A stretch of 64,000 nucleotides of DNA from Rickettsiales bacterium (GTDB lineage: Bacteria; Pseudomonadota; Alphaproteobacteria; Rickettsiales; UBA3002), in assembly GCA_028281385.1 (NCBI GenBank), contig JANQJY010000004.1:8141-72140 (forward strand). Direction: 5' to 3'. Below the pieces are notes generated by a model that made no database searches, was not told the origin of the DNA, and was given only the letters and a program-made list of their open reading frames with translations. Positions 50,301 to 60,477 of the stretch are shown in pieces; position 1 is the stretch's first letter, and each line of letters begins with the position of its first letter. Position numbers and translations under genes: made by a program.

Positions 50301-53014
50301 ATCTCCTTCATCCGCCGGCATGCCAGGCGAATCTGTTTTTCAGTTTCAATAATGGCAAACAGCACCACGCCAATACTTACAATCAGCACGCCGTACCAGA
50401 AGGGGATAGCCTCCGTGGCGAATATTTTTTGCATGGGCGGCAGGTAGGTGATGGCAAACTGCGCCACCATAATGGCAATCACCACCGCCCAGACCACTTT
50501 CGTACCGCGCACCGCTTTCCATGTCAGAGACGTTCCGTAGATATTGCGAATGAAAAACAGGTGGAAAATTTCCATCACCACTAATGTATTGAGCGCCATG
50601 GTGCGGGCGAGGTCGATGGAATGGCCCTGATCGACCGCATAATGATAAATGCCGAACACCCCGCAAAGGAAAAGAGTGGAAACCAGTACGATGTGCCAGA
50701 CCAATTCGCCGGTCAGCAACGGTTCATGGCGGGGGCGCGGCGGGCGGCGCATGGTGCTTGCTTCCGTAGGCTCAAACGCCAGTGCGATGCCCAGCGTCAC
50801 GGCAGTGATCAGATTCACCCAGAGAATCTGGATCGGCGTGATAGGTAGCGCCATACCAAGTAGCAGGGCCAGGATAATCGTCATCGCTTCTCCGGCATTG
50901 GTAGGGAGCGTCCAGCTGATGACTTTCTTCAGATTGTCATAGACGGTGCGCCCTTCACGCACGGCAGCGGCAATGGAGGCAAAATTATCATCCACCAGCA
51001 CCAGTTCGGCTGCTTCCTTGGCGGCTTCACTTCCTTTGTGTCCCATGGCAATACCGGCATCCGCACGTTTGAGGGCAGGTGCGTCATTCACCCCGTCTCC
51101 GGTCATGGCCACCGTCATGCCATGTGATTGCAATGCCATGACCAGCCTCAGCTTATGTTCCGGGCTGGTTCGAGCGAAAATATCGCAGTTCAGTACCGCC
51201 TGACGCAATTCGGCATTGTCCATGCCGTCGAGATCGGCTCCGGTCAGCACCGTACCTGGGTTTTGCAGGCCGATTTGTTTGCCGATGGCGGTAGCGGTTT
51301 TCGCATGATCGCCGGTGATCATCTTCACGCGAATACCTGCCTCATGGCATTCGGCTACCGCCGCTACTGCTTCCGGGCGTGGCGGATCGATCATGCCGAC
51401 CATGCCCAGCAGTGTGAGTGATCCTTCCACATCATCATGTTCCAGTACCGTAAGGTCCGGCTGTACCGATTTCACGGCAAAGGCCAGTACCCGCTGACCG
51501 AGTGCGGCGATGGATTCTGCCTTTTCATTCCAGTACGCAGTATCCAGCGGTTCCGTCTTGCCATTGGTGCCGCGCTGATTTTCGCACATGGAAAGAATCC
51601 GTTCCGGTGCACCTTTGACAAACACAAACGCATGGCGTTCATGATCATGATTCAGTGTCGCCATGAAGCGGTGTTTGGAATCAAAAGGGATGGTATCGGT
51701 ACGCGTCCATGCCGCTTGCTCCTTGCGAACATCTACATCCATTTTCCCGGAGAAAGCGAGTAATGCGCCCTCCATCGGATCGCCTTCCACCACCCATACG
51801 TCATTATGCTGACGTAGGGCTGCATCATTGCACAGTGTGGCAGCGCGGGCGAGTTCCTCCAATATAGCATGCTCAGCCGGTGATACGTGGTTATTGTCCA
51901 GCTTCACCACTCCTTTCGGTGTATAACCACTGCCACCAATGGAAAAACAATGCTTATTATCCAGCACCGAGGCCACCATCATTTCATTGCGCGTCAGCGT
52001 ACCGGTTTTGTCAGTACAGATAACGGACACCGATCCAAGTGTCTCAATAGCGGGTAAGCGCCGTACGATGGCATTGCGCCGCGCCATGGCCTGCACGCCG
52101 ATCGCCAGCGTGATGGTCAGTACGGCTGGCAGTCCTTCGGGGATAGCGGCAACGGCGAGTCCCACCACGGCCATGAACATTTCAGTAAAATCATAATGAG
52201 CGACGAAATAACCGAAGGCGAGCAGCAACGCGGCGATAAGCAGAATAAAGATGGTCAGCCATTTGGCGAACACGCCCATCTGCTGCACAAGTGGCGTGGT
52301 GAGTGTTTCAACCTCGGAAAGCAGGCCGCTGATGCGCCCGATTTCAGTATTGCCGCCAGTGGCTACCACGATGCCTTTACCTTGTCCGGATGTCACCAGC
52401 GTTCCGGAAAACGCCATACAGAAACGATCCCCCAGCGGTGTATCTTCCGCTACAGGGGTGACATGCTTCTCCACCGGCACCGATTCTCCGGTCAGTATCG
52501 CTTCTTGTACTGACAACCCATGCGTGGTGAGGAGCCGTAGATCGGCAGGCACCTTATCACCTGCCTCCAACAGCACAATGTCGCCTGGAACAAGCTGCTC
52601 TCCCTCAATACTGATGCGCTCCCCACCACGCATGACATTGGCATGTGGAGCCAGCATATGGCGGATGGCGTCCATCGCCTTTTCCGCTTTACCTTCCTGA
52701 ATAAAACCGATGACGGCATTCACAAACACCACTGCCAGAATCACGCCGGTATCAATCCAGTGATCCAGCACTGCCGTAATGACCGCGGAGCCGATAAGCA
52801 CATAAATTAAGATATTATGAAACTGCAACAGAAAGCGCATCATAGCACTTCGCTTCGCCGCTTCCGGAAGGCGGTTTGGTCCATATTGGGAAATCCGGGC
52901 TTCAGCCTCCTTTTGGCTCAGGCCAGAGATTTCGGCGTTCAGATGTTTAAAGGCATTATCTATGGAGATATGATGCCATGTGGGCTGAACTCCTTCCGAT
53001 TTTACTCCCTGCAT
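50297..53014 (-). CDS. cation-transporting P-type ATPase (P2 type, Ca2+/Mg2+-like)
   Basis: LTGESVPV (TGES), ICTDKTGTLT phosphorylation site, MTGDGVNDAPALKRAD hinge, 10-TM organisation. Confidence 0.9.
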   Translation of the reverse strand: MQGVKSEGVQPTWHHISIDNAFKHLNAEISGLSQKEAEARISQYGPNRLPEAAKRSAMMRFLLQFHNILIYVLIGSAVITAVLDHWIDTGVILAVVFVNAVIGFIQEGKAEKAMDAIRHMLAPHANVMRGGERISIEGEQLVPGDIVLLEAGDKVPADLRLLTTHGLSVQEAILTGESVPVEKHVTPVAEDTPLGDRFCMAFSGTLVTSGQGKGIVVATGGNTEIGRISGLLSEVETLTTPLVQQMGVFAKWLTIFILLIAALLLAFGYFVAHYDFTEMFMAVVGLAVAAIPEGLPAVLTITLAIGVQAMARRNAIVRRLPAIETLGSVSVICTDKTGTLTRNEMMVASVLDNKHCFSIGGSGYTPKGVVKLDNNHVSPAEHAILEELARAATLCNDAALRQHNDVWVVEGDPMEGALLAFSGKMDVDVRKEQAAWTRTDTIPFDSKHRFMATLNHDHERHAFVFVKGAPERILSMCENQRGTNGKTEPLDTAYWNEKAESIAALGQRVLAFAVKSVQPDLTVLEHDDVEGSLTLLGMVGMIDPPRPEAVAAVAECHEAGIRVKMITGDHAKTATAIGKQIGLQNPGTVLTGADLDGMDNAELRQAVLNCDIFARTSPEHKLRLVMALQSHGMTVAMTGDGVNDAPALKRADAGIAMGHKGSEAAKEAAELVLVDDNFASIAAAVREGRTVYDNLKKVISWTLPTNAGEAMTIILALLLGMALPITPIQILWVNLITAVTLGIALAFEPTEASTMRRPPRPRHEPLLTGELVWHIVLVSTLFLCGVFGIYHYAVDQGHSIDLARTMALNTLVVMEIFHLFFIRNIYGTSLTWKAVRGTKVVWAVVIAIMVAQFAITYLPPMQKIFATEAIPFWYGVLIVSIGVVLFAIIETEKQIRLACRRMKEI

Positions 53015-53029
53015 ACTCGTTCCTCATGA

Positions 53030-53968
53030 TTAATAAGCCTTTACCGGTGAAACAAATCCTTGCGGTTTCAGCGCCATGAGCGAGCAAGTCAGTGTCTGCA
53101 TGATATTCTCTGCCGTATTGCCAATCATGAAACCAGGAATACCGGTGCGTGCCACCGTCCCCATCACCAGAATATCGATTTTATTGTCCTGTATGAAATC
53201 AGGAATGAATTCGCTGGCGTTACCTCGCATGTGATGCACATGATGGGTGCCTTCGATACCCGAAGCCTTGATTAAGCTTTCCAGTGCAGCACGGTGTTCA
53301 TGTTGCGTTTTCAGAACCGTTTCCTCTATAACGCTATCTGATAGTTTTACCCATACGTTACCTCGTAAATACTCCTCGAACTCATAATCCCAGCAGGAGA
53401 TGATATGCAATTCGCCACTGCAACTATTTGCCAGTGAGCGAGACAGTTCCAGCATACGTTTGGAAAGCATCTCGGCAGCAGGCTCCTGACTTTCCGGATC
53501 AATAGCAACGGCTACCTGAATGTGCTGACGGGAATGTTTGATCGGCCGGCACAGCCAGACGGCGCATGGGCATTTACGCAGTAAATCCATATCGATTGCT
53601 TTAAATCCGGCCTTTTTGTCTCTTGGCTCAGCTTCTTTAATGACAAGATCGTGCCCGTGCCGCAATACATGCTGAATGATTTTAATGGAAGGTGTTTTGT
53701 CACTTACTAGCTCTATGGAAATGTCCACGGAACCTTCTTCCAGTTTAATCGCTTCCTTGGTCGATTGAATAGAGGTCTCGGCCTGCTCCAGCAGCGAGTC
53801 TTCGTATTTCTTCTGATACTCCGGGAAGTCTTCAGGAAATTCAGGGCTAACAACCAGCACTTTCAGCGGAGCCTCATTATTCCGTGCAAGGCTGAGTGCC
53901 TGTTTCAATCCCTCCGTTTCATCTGAAGTACCGTGGCTGACATAAAGTAAATTATGATAATGGTGCAT
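53030..53968 (-). CDS. tandem universal stress protein (UspE-like)
   Basis: Two USP halves, with the C-terminal motif DILVMGTVARTGIPGFMIGNTAE. Start moved to ATG Met8 (AAGGGA 7 nt upstream); the track start is TTG. Confidence 0.75.
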   Translation of the reverse strand: MHHYHNLLYVSHGTSDETEGLKQALSLARNNEAPLKVLVVSPEFPEDFPEYQKKYEDSLLEQAETSIQSTKEAIKLEEGSVDISIELVSDKTPSIKIIQHVLRHGHDLVIKEAEPRDKKAGFKAIDMDLLRKCPCAVWLCRPIKHSRQHIQVAVAIDPESQEPAAEMLSKRMLELSRSLANSCSGELHIISCWDYEFEEYLRGNVWVKLSDSVIEETVLKTQHEHRAALESLIKASGIEGTHHVHHMRGNASEFIPDFIQDNKIDILVMGTVARTGIPGFMIGNTAENIMQTLTCSLMALKPQGFVSPVKAY

Positions 53969-54133
53969 GTGAATATCCCTTATTCTCAATGTTATTGCAC
54001 TTCAGACCCACTTTGATGCATGGGTTACTCCTTCCTGCTGCTACGATGCGGAATCATAGAAATAAAACTATTTCAAGTAAACCAAAATAGGTGTAGAAGA
54101 GAATGAATTAGTGCAAGTAAGGAATAACAGCTT

Positions 54134-54346
54134 ATGTTAAGCGCACCCTTTATGACCATACAGGAAGTGGCTGATCTGTTGAAAGTCAGCAATGCGACAG
54201 TACGTAGTTGGATTAAAAATGAGGAACTGCGTGCGGTAAAGCTGGAGCGTGAATTCCGTATCGCCAGAATAGATCTGCAGCACTTTGTTGATACGCGCGC
54301 GACGACGGATATTAAAGAGGCTTCTTCGCTCCACCTCAAAAGCTGA
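54134..54346 (+). CDS. excisionase/MerR-like helix-turn-helix DNA-binding protein (70 aa)
   Basis: MTIQEVADLLKVSNATVRSWIKNEELRAVKLEREFRIARIDLQHFV is the excisionase-family HTH_17 pattern. The start may be Met7 (54152). Confidence 0.6.
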   Translation: MLSAPFMTIQEVADLLKVSNATVRSWIKNEELRAVKLEREFRIARIDLQHFVDTRATTDIKEASSLHLKS

Positions 54347-54479
54347 AGATGTGTGCCTCCACCATTTCCAATTCTATATTGCCTGATAGATAATGGTTCG
54401 CAGGGTGATTTTGAGATTTTACAGAGAGTTTTACACATACGAATTGGTACCAAATGATAATCACGAAAATAAATAGTGT

Positions 54480-55124
54480 TTATTGGATGAGAACGCGTTG
54501 ATGTATCACCGTCTTTACGGTCGGTAACAGATTCTGTGCAACGATGTTGTACCCGTCTGCATTGGGATGAATCCCGTCATCCAGATTCAGGTTCGAGTCA
54601 CCTGCAACGCCCGTTAAAAACGTATAGGTTACGGTAATAGGGTAGGCCGCTTCCAGATCTGGGAATATTGCATCGAACTGCTCCTGGAATACCGGGCCTA
54701 TATTAGGTGCGGCGTTGAATCCCACCAGTATCACGTCAATATCCGCTTCGGTAAGCGTTTTGACAATATACTCCAGATTATCGCGGGTAGAGGACGGCGG
54801 CAGACCGCGCAAAAAATCATTGGGTCCAAGCGCGACAATGATGATATCGGGCGCTGCGTCTATCGCTCGCTGTATCCGCGCACGGCCGCCCGCAGTCGTA
54901 TCGCCGGAAATACCATGGTTGAGTATGTGTATCCCCGCATAGCCTTTTTCCTTTAACAGACGTTCCAACTGTGCCGGGTAGGCATCTTTTTTATTCAACT
55001 GGTATCCTTCGGTCAGGCTGTCGCCCAGTGCCAAAATAGTAACCTTCTCGGGCGACGCTATTGCATATCCACTGCTGGCGATCCATATAACCATGCAAAG
55101 AAAAACTATCCAGCGAGTGTTCAT
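54480..55124 (-). CDS. tesA: SGNH/GDSL arylesterase-thioesterase (TesA-like), exported
   Basis: Signal peptide [23 protein letters not shown], block I ILALGDSLTEGY, GISGDT, and C-terminal DGIHPN. Divergent from a YbbA/YbbP-like ABC pair, as in E. coli. Start moved to Met62. Confidence 0.75.
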   Translation of the reverse strand: MNTRWIVFLCMVIWIASSGYAIASPEKVTILALGDSLTEGYQLNKKDAYPAQLERLLKEKGYAGIHILNHGISGDTTAGGRARIQRAIDAAPDIIIVALGPNDFLRGLPPSSTRDNLEYIVKTLTEADIDVILVGFNAAPNIGPVFQEQFDAIFPDLEAAYPITVTYTFLTGVAGDSNLNLDDGIHPNADGYNIVAQNLLPTVKTVIHQRVLIQ

Positions 55125-55809
55125 GTCCTCTCCTTTACTGTCTCTGCAACAGGTATCACTGACTCTCGACAGTGCATCCGGCCCTGTGCCTATATTACGC
55201 GACATCTCATTAGATGTATATAGGGGCGAAAGTATTGTGTTAATAGGGCCGTCCGGTTCGGGAAAAACCTCCACCCTGCTGGTCATGGCAGGATTGGAGC
55301 GTGCCACCGGTGGTAAGATTTTTCTTCATGAGGAAGATATCAGCCCATTGTCGGAAGATGCGCTGGCTGCCTTGCGGCGACGGCATTTCGGCATTGTGTT
55401 TCAATCATTCCATCTCATTCCCACCCTGACCGCACAGGAGAATGTCGCCATACCGCTTGAGCTGGCAGGGGAGTCCGATGCGTTTGATCAGGCAGGTGCG
55501 ATGCTCAAAGACGTCGGGCTAGGACATCGTGTTCAGCATTATCCTTCGCAACTTTCCGGCGGTGAACAGCAACGCGTAGCCATTGCCCGGGCATTTGCGC
55601 CCAGGCCACCTATTATTCTGGCGGATGAGCCGACCGGTAATCTGGACCGTAAGAATGGCGAGCATATTATGGAACTGTTGATTGGCCTGCAGCAGAATCA
55701 CGATGCGACGCTGGTGCTGATTACGCACGACCCGGCCCTTGCCACACGTTGCGATCGTCTCATAGAGGTGGATGCCGGCAGGCTGAAAGAAATGGCTCCG
55801 CATGGCTGA
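55123..55809 (+). CDS. ABC transporter ATP-binding protein (YbbA-like)
   Basis: Walker [10 protein letters not shown], signature [14 protein letters not shown], Walker [12 protein letters not shown]. Start ATG 55123 overlaps the tesA-like start on the other strand. Confidence 0.85.
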   Translation: MSSPLLSLQQVSLTLDSASGPVPILRDISLDVYRGESIVLIGPSGSGKTSTLLVMAGLERATGGKIFLHEEDISPLSEDALAALRRRHFGIVFQSFHLIPTLTAQENVAIPLELAGESDAFDQAGAMLKDVGLGHRVQHYPSQLSGGEQQRVAIARAFAPRPPIILADEPTGNLDRKNGEHIMELLIGLQQNHDATLVLITHDPALATRCDRLIEVDAGRLKEMAPHG

Positions 55810-58303
55810 GCTGTGGCACGATCTTCGGCTGGCTGCACGCTATGCCGGGCGTGAGATTCGTCATGGTGTGCGTGGTTTTCGTTTATTTATTCTCTGTCTG
55901 CTTCTGGGGGTGACGGTCATTGCCAGTGTCGGGCTGTTGTCGGACATTCTTAAAGATGGGCTTCAGCGTAATGCAAAAAGCCTGCTTGGCGGAGATTACG
56001 AGGTGTACCTGACCTATCGTGGCTTAACGCCGGAGCAGCAATCCGCCATTGAGAAAACTGCCACCTTGTCGCTTGCCATCGAGCTGCGCACCATCGCGCA
56101 GTCAGACGATAGCTTCCAGCTGGTAGAGCTCAAAACCGTGGACGCACACTATCCCTTATATGGCACTGTAGAGCTGGATCCGCCGATGCCGCTGGAGGAC
56201 GCACTGGCTGACCGGGGCGTGGTTGTGGAGCCGGAGTTGCTGGAGCGTTTTGATACAAAACTAGGGGATGTGCTGCAGATGGGTGATCAGTCCCTCGTCA
56301 TTCGCGCGATCATCGATAAAGAGCCGGATCGTATTGTAAATACCTTCAGTTTCGGGCCGCGTGCCCTCATGGCAGAACAGACATTACGTGAGACAAGCCT
56401 GCTGCAGCCGGGAGCGCTGGTGCGCTATCGTTACCGCGCTGCACTTCCGCCGGGGACGGATGGCGCAGCATGGATCGATGATTTAGAGCGGCAATTTCCC
56501 GATGCGCCGTGGCGGATTCGCGATTTTAAGGCAGCTGCGCCGCAAATTGACCGGGTACTCACTAATCTTACCCTGTTTCTCACCCTGACAGGATTGACTG
56601 CCCTGCTTGCCGGGGGCGCCGGAATTGCCAACAGTGTCTATGCGCTGCTGCAGCGTAAGTATTTTTCCATTGCCACGTTAAAATCGCTGGGGGCAACAAA
56701 CCGGCTGATATTTCTTACCATGCTGTGTTTAATTCTTGTTGTGTCGGCGGCGACGATTGCGCTCGCACTCGGTCTGGCCGCTCTGCTCGCCTGGCAGGGC
56801 ACGCGTTTTATCAATGAGTTGATGGATATCGGCGCGACCTTTACGGTACATCCCGAACCGCTGGTGCTGGCTGCCTTTTTCGGGCTGCTCATCGTGCTCA
56901 GCTTTTCGCTGTGGCAGTTAGGAGCGCTGCGTCACATTCAGCCTGCTGCTATTTTTCGCGGCAAGCTGGGACTGCAGGGCAGGCCCGGTATTACCATTAT
57001 TGTACTGAATAGTGTGTTGGGTATTGCGCTCGCCGTTACAACCGTCGTCACTGCGGAGAATCAAACTGCGGCGCTGATATATCTGGTGAGTACTGTCCTC
57101 ACCATTCTGATATTCTGGCTGTGTTCTTGGTTACTTCTCCATAGGGCATCCAAACTGAAGCCGCGGCGTTTCTGGCTGCGCTACGGTCTGGCGAATCTTG
57201 GTCGCCCCGGAGCACGCACCACTGCCACCGTCATGTCACTGGGAATCGGGATGACTTTCCTGATTGGAGTAAGTCTCATTGACACCAATATACAGCGCTC
57301 GATTGCCGAGATTCGTCCCAAACATGCGCCTACCCATTTTCTTATCGATATTCAGCCCGACCAGCAGCAAGGGGTGCGCGCATTGCTGGAATCGCTGGGA
57401 GCCAGCGATGTTACCCTTGCGCCGATGGTGCGTGGCAATATTGAAAAACTCAATGGCCGTCCGGTCGCAGAGGTCGAAGTGGCCTCCGAGGTACGCTGGG
57501 CCATCCGTGGCGACCGCGGCATCAGCGACGCTGTCACGCCACCTCTCGGCACTGAAATGGTGGCGGGCGTATGGTGGCCTGAGACCTATCAGGGCCCGCC
57601 ACTGGTGTCGTTTGATGAACGGCTGGCCAAGGGCATGGGGCTGAGCGTGGGCGATACGATCACCTACAATATTCTTGGTGAGGTGATTACAGCGGAAATC
57701 GCCAATCTGCGTATTGTTGATTACCAGAATTTCCGGATGAATTTTTCCGTCATTCTCTCGCCGGGCATTCTCGACGCCTTTCCGCGCAGTTACATTGCCA
57801 CCGCCAGCGTGCCGCCCGGTTCAGGCCTGCTGCAACAATTAGGTGCACGCTTTCCCAATGTCTCTCCCATCGCAGTAGACCGGGCCGTTGCCCAGGTGGC
57901 CGAGTTGAGCAATAATTTGGCGCTGGCCATTCGTGTTACCGCGATCTTCACGGTGCTGGCAGCGCTCGCGGTATTGATTGGTGCGCTGGTCGCCAATGAA
58001 GAACGCCGTACCTATGATATCGTAGTGTTGAAAGTGCTCGGCACATCCCGGCGCGATATTTTCCGCAGTTTTCTCACAGAATATGCCGGTATTGCGTTGA
58101 TTGCGGGTGCTATATCGGTCATCGCGGGTACGGCTATCAGCTGGTATGTGCTGGACAGTTTTCGCTTTTTCACTTTCCGGCTCGCGCCGCATGTCTCGCT
58201 TACCATCGCCCTGATGGCACTGCTATTGATTGTCGGTATCGGTCTGATGATTATTCTGCGCTCTTACAGCCGGTCCGGCACCCACTATCTGCGCAATGAG
58301 TAA
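55802..58303 (+). CDS. FtsX-family ABC transporter permease (YbbP-like, duplicated 4-TM modules)
   Basis: 833 aa with two FtsX-like TM bundles separated by large periplasmic loops. 8-nt overlap with the ATPase gene. Confidence 0.8.
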   Translation: MAELWHDLRLAARYAGREIRHGVRGFRLFILCLLLGVTVIASVGLLSDILKDGLQRNAKSLLGGDYEVYLTYRGLTPEQQSAIEKTATLSLAIELRTIAQSDDSFQLVELKTVDAHYPLYGTVELDPPMPLEDALADRGVVVEPELLERFDTKLGDVLQMGDQSLVIRAIIDKEPDRIVNTFSFGPRALMAEQTLRETSLLQPGALVRYRYRAALPPGTDGAAWIDDLERQFPDAPWRIRDFKAAAPQIDRVLTNLTLFLTLTGLTALLAGGAGIANSVYALLQRKYFSIATLKSLGATNRLIFLTMLCLILVVSAATIALALGLAALLAWQGTRFINELMDIGATFTVHPEPLVLAAFFGLLIVLSFSLWQLGALRHIQPAAIFRGKLGLQGRPGITIIVLNSVLGIALAVTTVVTAENQTAALIYLVSTVLTILIFWLCSWLLLHRASKLKPRRFWLRYGLANLGRPGARTTATVMSLGIGMTFLIGVSLIDTNIQRSIAEIRPKHAPTHFLIDIQPDQQQGVRALLESLGASDVTLAPMVRGNIEKLNGRPVAEVEVASEVRWAIRGDRGISDAVTPPLGTEMVAGVWWPETYQGPPLVSFDERLAKGMGLSVGDTITYNILGEVITAEIANLRIVDYQNFRMNFSVILSPGILDAFPRSYIATASVPPGSGLLQQLGARFPNVSPIAVDRAVAQVAELSNNLALAIRVTAIFTVLAALAVLIGALVANEERRTYDIVVLKVLGTSRRDIFRSFLTEYAGIALIAGAISVIAGTAISWYVLDSFRFFTFRLAPHVSLTIALMALLLIVGIGLMIILRSYSRSGTHYLRNE

Positions 58304-58536
58304 ATTGAAAAATAAGAAAAAGAATTGGCTGTGTAGTCGGTAAACCTATCGCTTCCAGCTCTGTATTCCCTCATAAGTATGGATTTAGACGGTAAATTCT
58401 CAAGCGCTACGCCCACTGGAAGCCTCCTTCCAAATAGCATCGTTAAAGTTATACAGAAATCTGTTTTTTAGGATATTAAGATGCCACAGATTAGTGTAGA
58501 TTGGATCGACTAAAATTTTATGAAGGGGTATATAGA

Positions 58537-58857
58537 ATGAAAAAGACTATTATTGGATTAGTATCAATTATCGCATTTTCGGCTACTGGTGCGTGGGCAG
58601 AGGATGCTCCCTCCGGTGGCCCAACCATCCATGGTGGTGTGCAGTTAAATGTGGAAGCCGCAGAAGATATTTCGGCTGCGATCGGTAACGAAGCAACCGC
58701 TTCTCAGGAGCTGGGTGACATCAACTCTGGCAATATTACCGGCGATATTGAAGATACGGTAGCAGCTGATCAGGATATTTCAGCTGCCATTGGTAACAAA
58801 TCATGTGCGTCGCAGAAAGTCGGTTCCATCGGCGGAAAAGGGAGCGACTGCGAGTAA
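58537..58857 (+). CDS. small secreted repeat protein (106 aa), curlin/HfaA-like candidate amyloid subunit
   Basis: Signal peptide MKKTIIGLVSIIAFSATGAWA. Two ~35-aa repeats (…VEAAEDISAAIGNEATASQELGDI… and …TVAADQDISAAIGNKSCASQKVGSI…) share the AAIG-x5-A-x3-(I/L/V)G core with the 955-aa protein downstream. Confidence 0.6.
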   Translation: MKKTIIGLVSIIAFSATGAWAEDAPSGGPTIHGGVQLNVEAAEDISAAIGNEATASQELGDINSGNITGDIEDTVAADQDISAAIGNKSCASQKVGSIGGKGSDCE

Positions 58858-58867
58858 GCAGAACCCC

Positions 58868-58895
58868 AAAGGGCAGAGATATCTCTGCCCTTTTT
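58868..58895 (+). terminator. strong rho-independent terminator after the small repeat-protein gene
   Basis: AAAGGGCAGAGAT|ATCTCTGCCCTTT (13-nt arms) followed by TT, 10 nt after the stop codon. Confidence 0.7.
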
Positions 58896-58932
58896 CCTTG
58901 TCTTTACATGTGTGAATCGGTGTGGTGAGTGT

Positions 58933-59253
58933 ATGATGAAAGCGCTTTTATTGTCCGCCTTATTGTTGAGCATCATTATGCCACTTCCTGTTAACGCGCA
59001 GTTACTGGATGATACGGCTAATGTCAAAATCCTCAAAGCGCGTGCACAATTATTGCATCTGAATGAAGACAAGATCACTGATGACCTCAACGCTCAGGAC
59101 AATCGTCTCAATAACCTGGGTGGCCGTGTGGATTGCGGCAGCGTTGATATTGGAAATCAGGTTATTAGCAGCGGTATTGGCCAGGATATCAGCGTGGTGA
59201 TTACCGGAGATATTATCAACACCGGCAACCGGTGTGTGAATACAAACAAATAA
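58933..59253 (+). CDS. small secreted protein (106 aa) with one degenerate copy of the repeat
   Basis: Signal peptide MMKALLLSALLLSIIMPLPVNA. C-terminal GSVDIGNQVISSGIGQDISVVITGDIINTGNRC. Confidence 0.5.
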   Translation: MMKALLLSALLLSIIMPLPVNAQLLDDTANVKILKARAQLLHLNEDKITDDLNAQDNRLNNLGGRVDCGSVDIGNQVISSGIGQDISVVITGDIINTGNRCVNTNK

Positions 59254-59298
59254 CAAAAATGCCTTCCATCATGGGGGCAAGGGCAGTGGTGGTATAAA

Positions 59299-60477
59299 GT
59301 GAATAAAGCGTGGAGAAAAGCCGCAAGTGCGGTTTCAGTTATGGCTTTGCTGCAGGGTTGCGGCATTACAGCCGTTGAATATCCCGACGATATTAAGGAA
59401 CAATTGCCGGTACAAACCCCGGTGCGGGCCGTCACCGGATTCACCGACGGGCTGCATTGTATGGACCAGATGTTCCTGAAATATAAGGTACGCCCGATTC
59501 GTATCACTGCCGCACAAATTCCGGACTTTTCCGAAAGCCGCGGTGATGCAGGATTTGGTGCGCGTGAGATGTTGATTTCCGCTATCTCCGCGATGTCGCA
59601 ACAAAGCGGAGCACTGCGTTTCGTCGCCTATGACCGTAGCACGCCGGATATTATTGCGCTGCAATCGGCTCACCCGAACAAAAAAGATTTTCTGGTGCCG
59701 GACTTTTTTATCCGCGGCGCGGTGACACAGATCGATGGCAGTCCCTATAGCCGTCAGAATGGTTATAGTCTCAGTGCAGATGATATCGATGAAGCCGAGA
59801 TTCAGGGTGGTCAGCTGTCTAATTCCAACAGTGCGTCCCTTAAAACCGTCTCGGTTGATCTGAATATGGGGCTGATCAATAATTTTCAGCTATTGCCGGG
59901 TATTTTTTCCTCAAACGCGCTTTCTGTTGAAAAACGTGGTTCTTCCGATGATGTGTCGCTTAGCATTTGGAAGCTCGGCACCATCTACAGCCTGAACGAT
60001 ACTCGTGCCCAGCCGCTTAGCGGCGGATTGCGTGCGCTGATGGAAGTCGGTGCCATCGAGATGTTCGGTAAACTCTATAACCTTCCTTACTGGGAATGTT
60101 TAAGTGTGTTAGGAGAAGATAATGAGATTGCCGCCAAAGCACGCGATGCCTATGATGGCATGGGACGTAGCGAGCAAATTGCATGGATTGCCAGGGAACT
60201 CCAACGTCAAAATTACTTAAGCAAGGACGCGAAGATCACGCGGGAGGACGACGAACCATCCGACGCATTGCGTGCCGCAATGTCACATTATCGCGTGAAA
60301 AATGAGATGTTTGGCAATACGCTCATCACATTCAAGCTCTTTAAAAAGCTCTATGCCCAACAGCATATGGCCAACAAAGTGATCAGCCAGCCAGACAGTG
60401 TTGCAGCGGACCCGACGCCTGCCGTAGCGACCAGCCCATCAGGCAGCTCCGATGTGCAAGACACCAAAACGCAGTAG
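59299..60477 (+). CDS. CsgG/HfaB-family outer-membrane secretion lipoprotein
   Basis: GTG start and lipobox LLQGC. Blocks are collinear with E. coli CsgG by eye: IRITAAQIPDFS...GAREMLISAISAMSQQSGALRFVAYDR; FFIRGAVTQIDGS; SLKTVSVDLNMGLINNFQLL; GLRALMEVGAIEMFGKLYNLPYWECL. Confidence 0.65.
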   Translation: MNKAWRKAASAVSVMALLQGCGITAVEYPDDIKEQLPVQTPVRAVTGFTDGLHCMDQMFLKYKVRPIRITAAQIPDFSESRGDAGFGAREMLISAISAMSQQSGALRFVAYDRSTPDIIALQSAHPNKKDFLVPDFFIRGAVTQIDGSPYSRQNGYSLSADDIDEAEIQGGQLSNSNSASLKTVSVDLNMGLINNFQLLPGIFSSNALSVEKRGSSDDVSLSIWKLGTIYSLNDTRAQPLSGGLRALMEVGAIEMFGKLYNLPYWECLSVLGEDNEIAAKARDAYDGMGRSEQIAWIARELQRQNYLSKDAKITREDDEPSDALRAAMSHYRVKNEMFGNTLITFKLFKKLYAQQHMANKVISQPDSVAADPTPAVATSPSGSSDVQDTKTQ

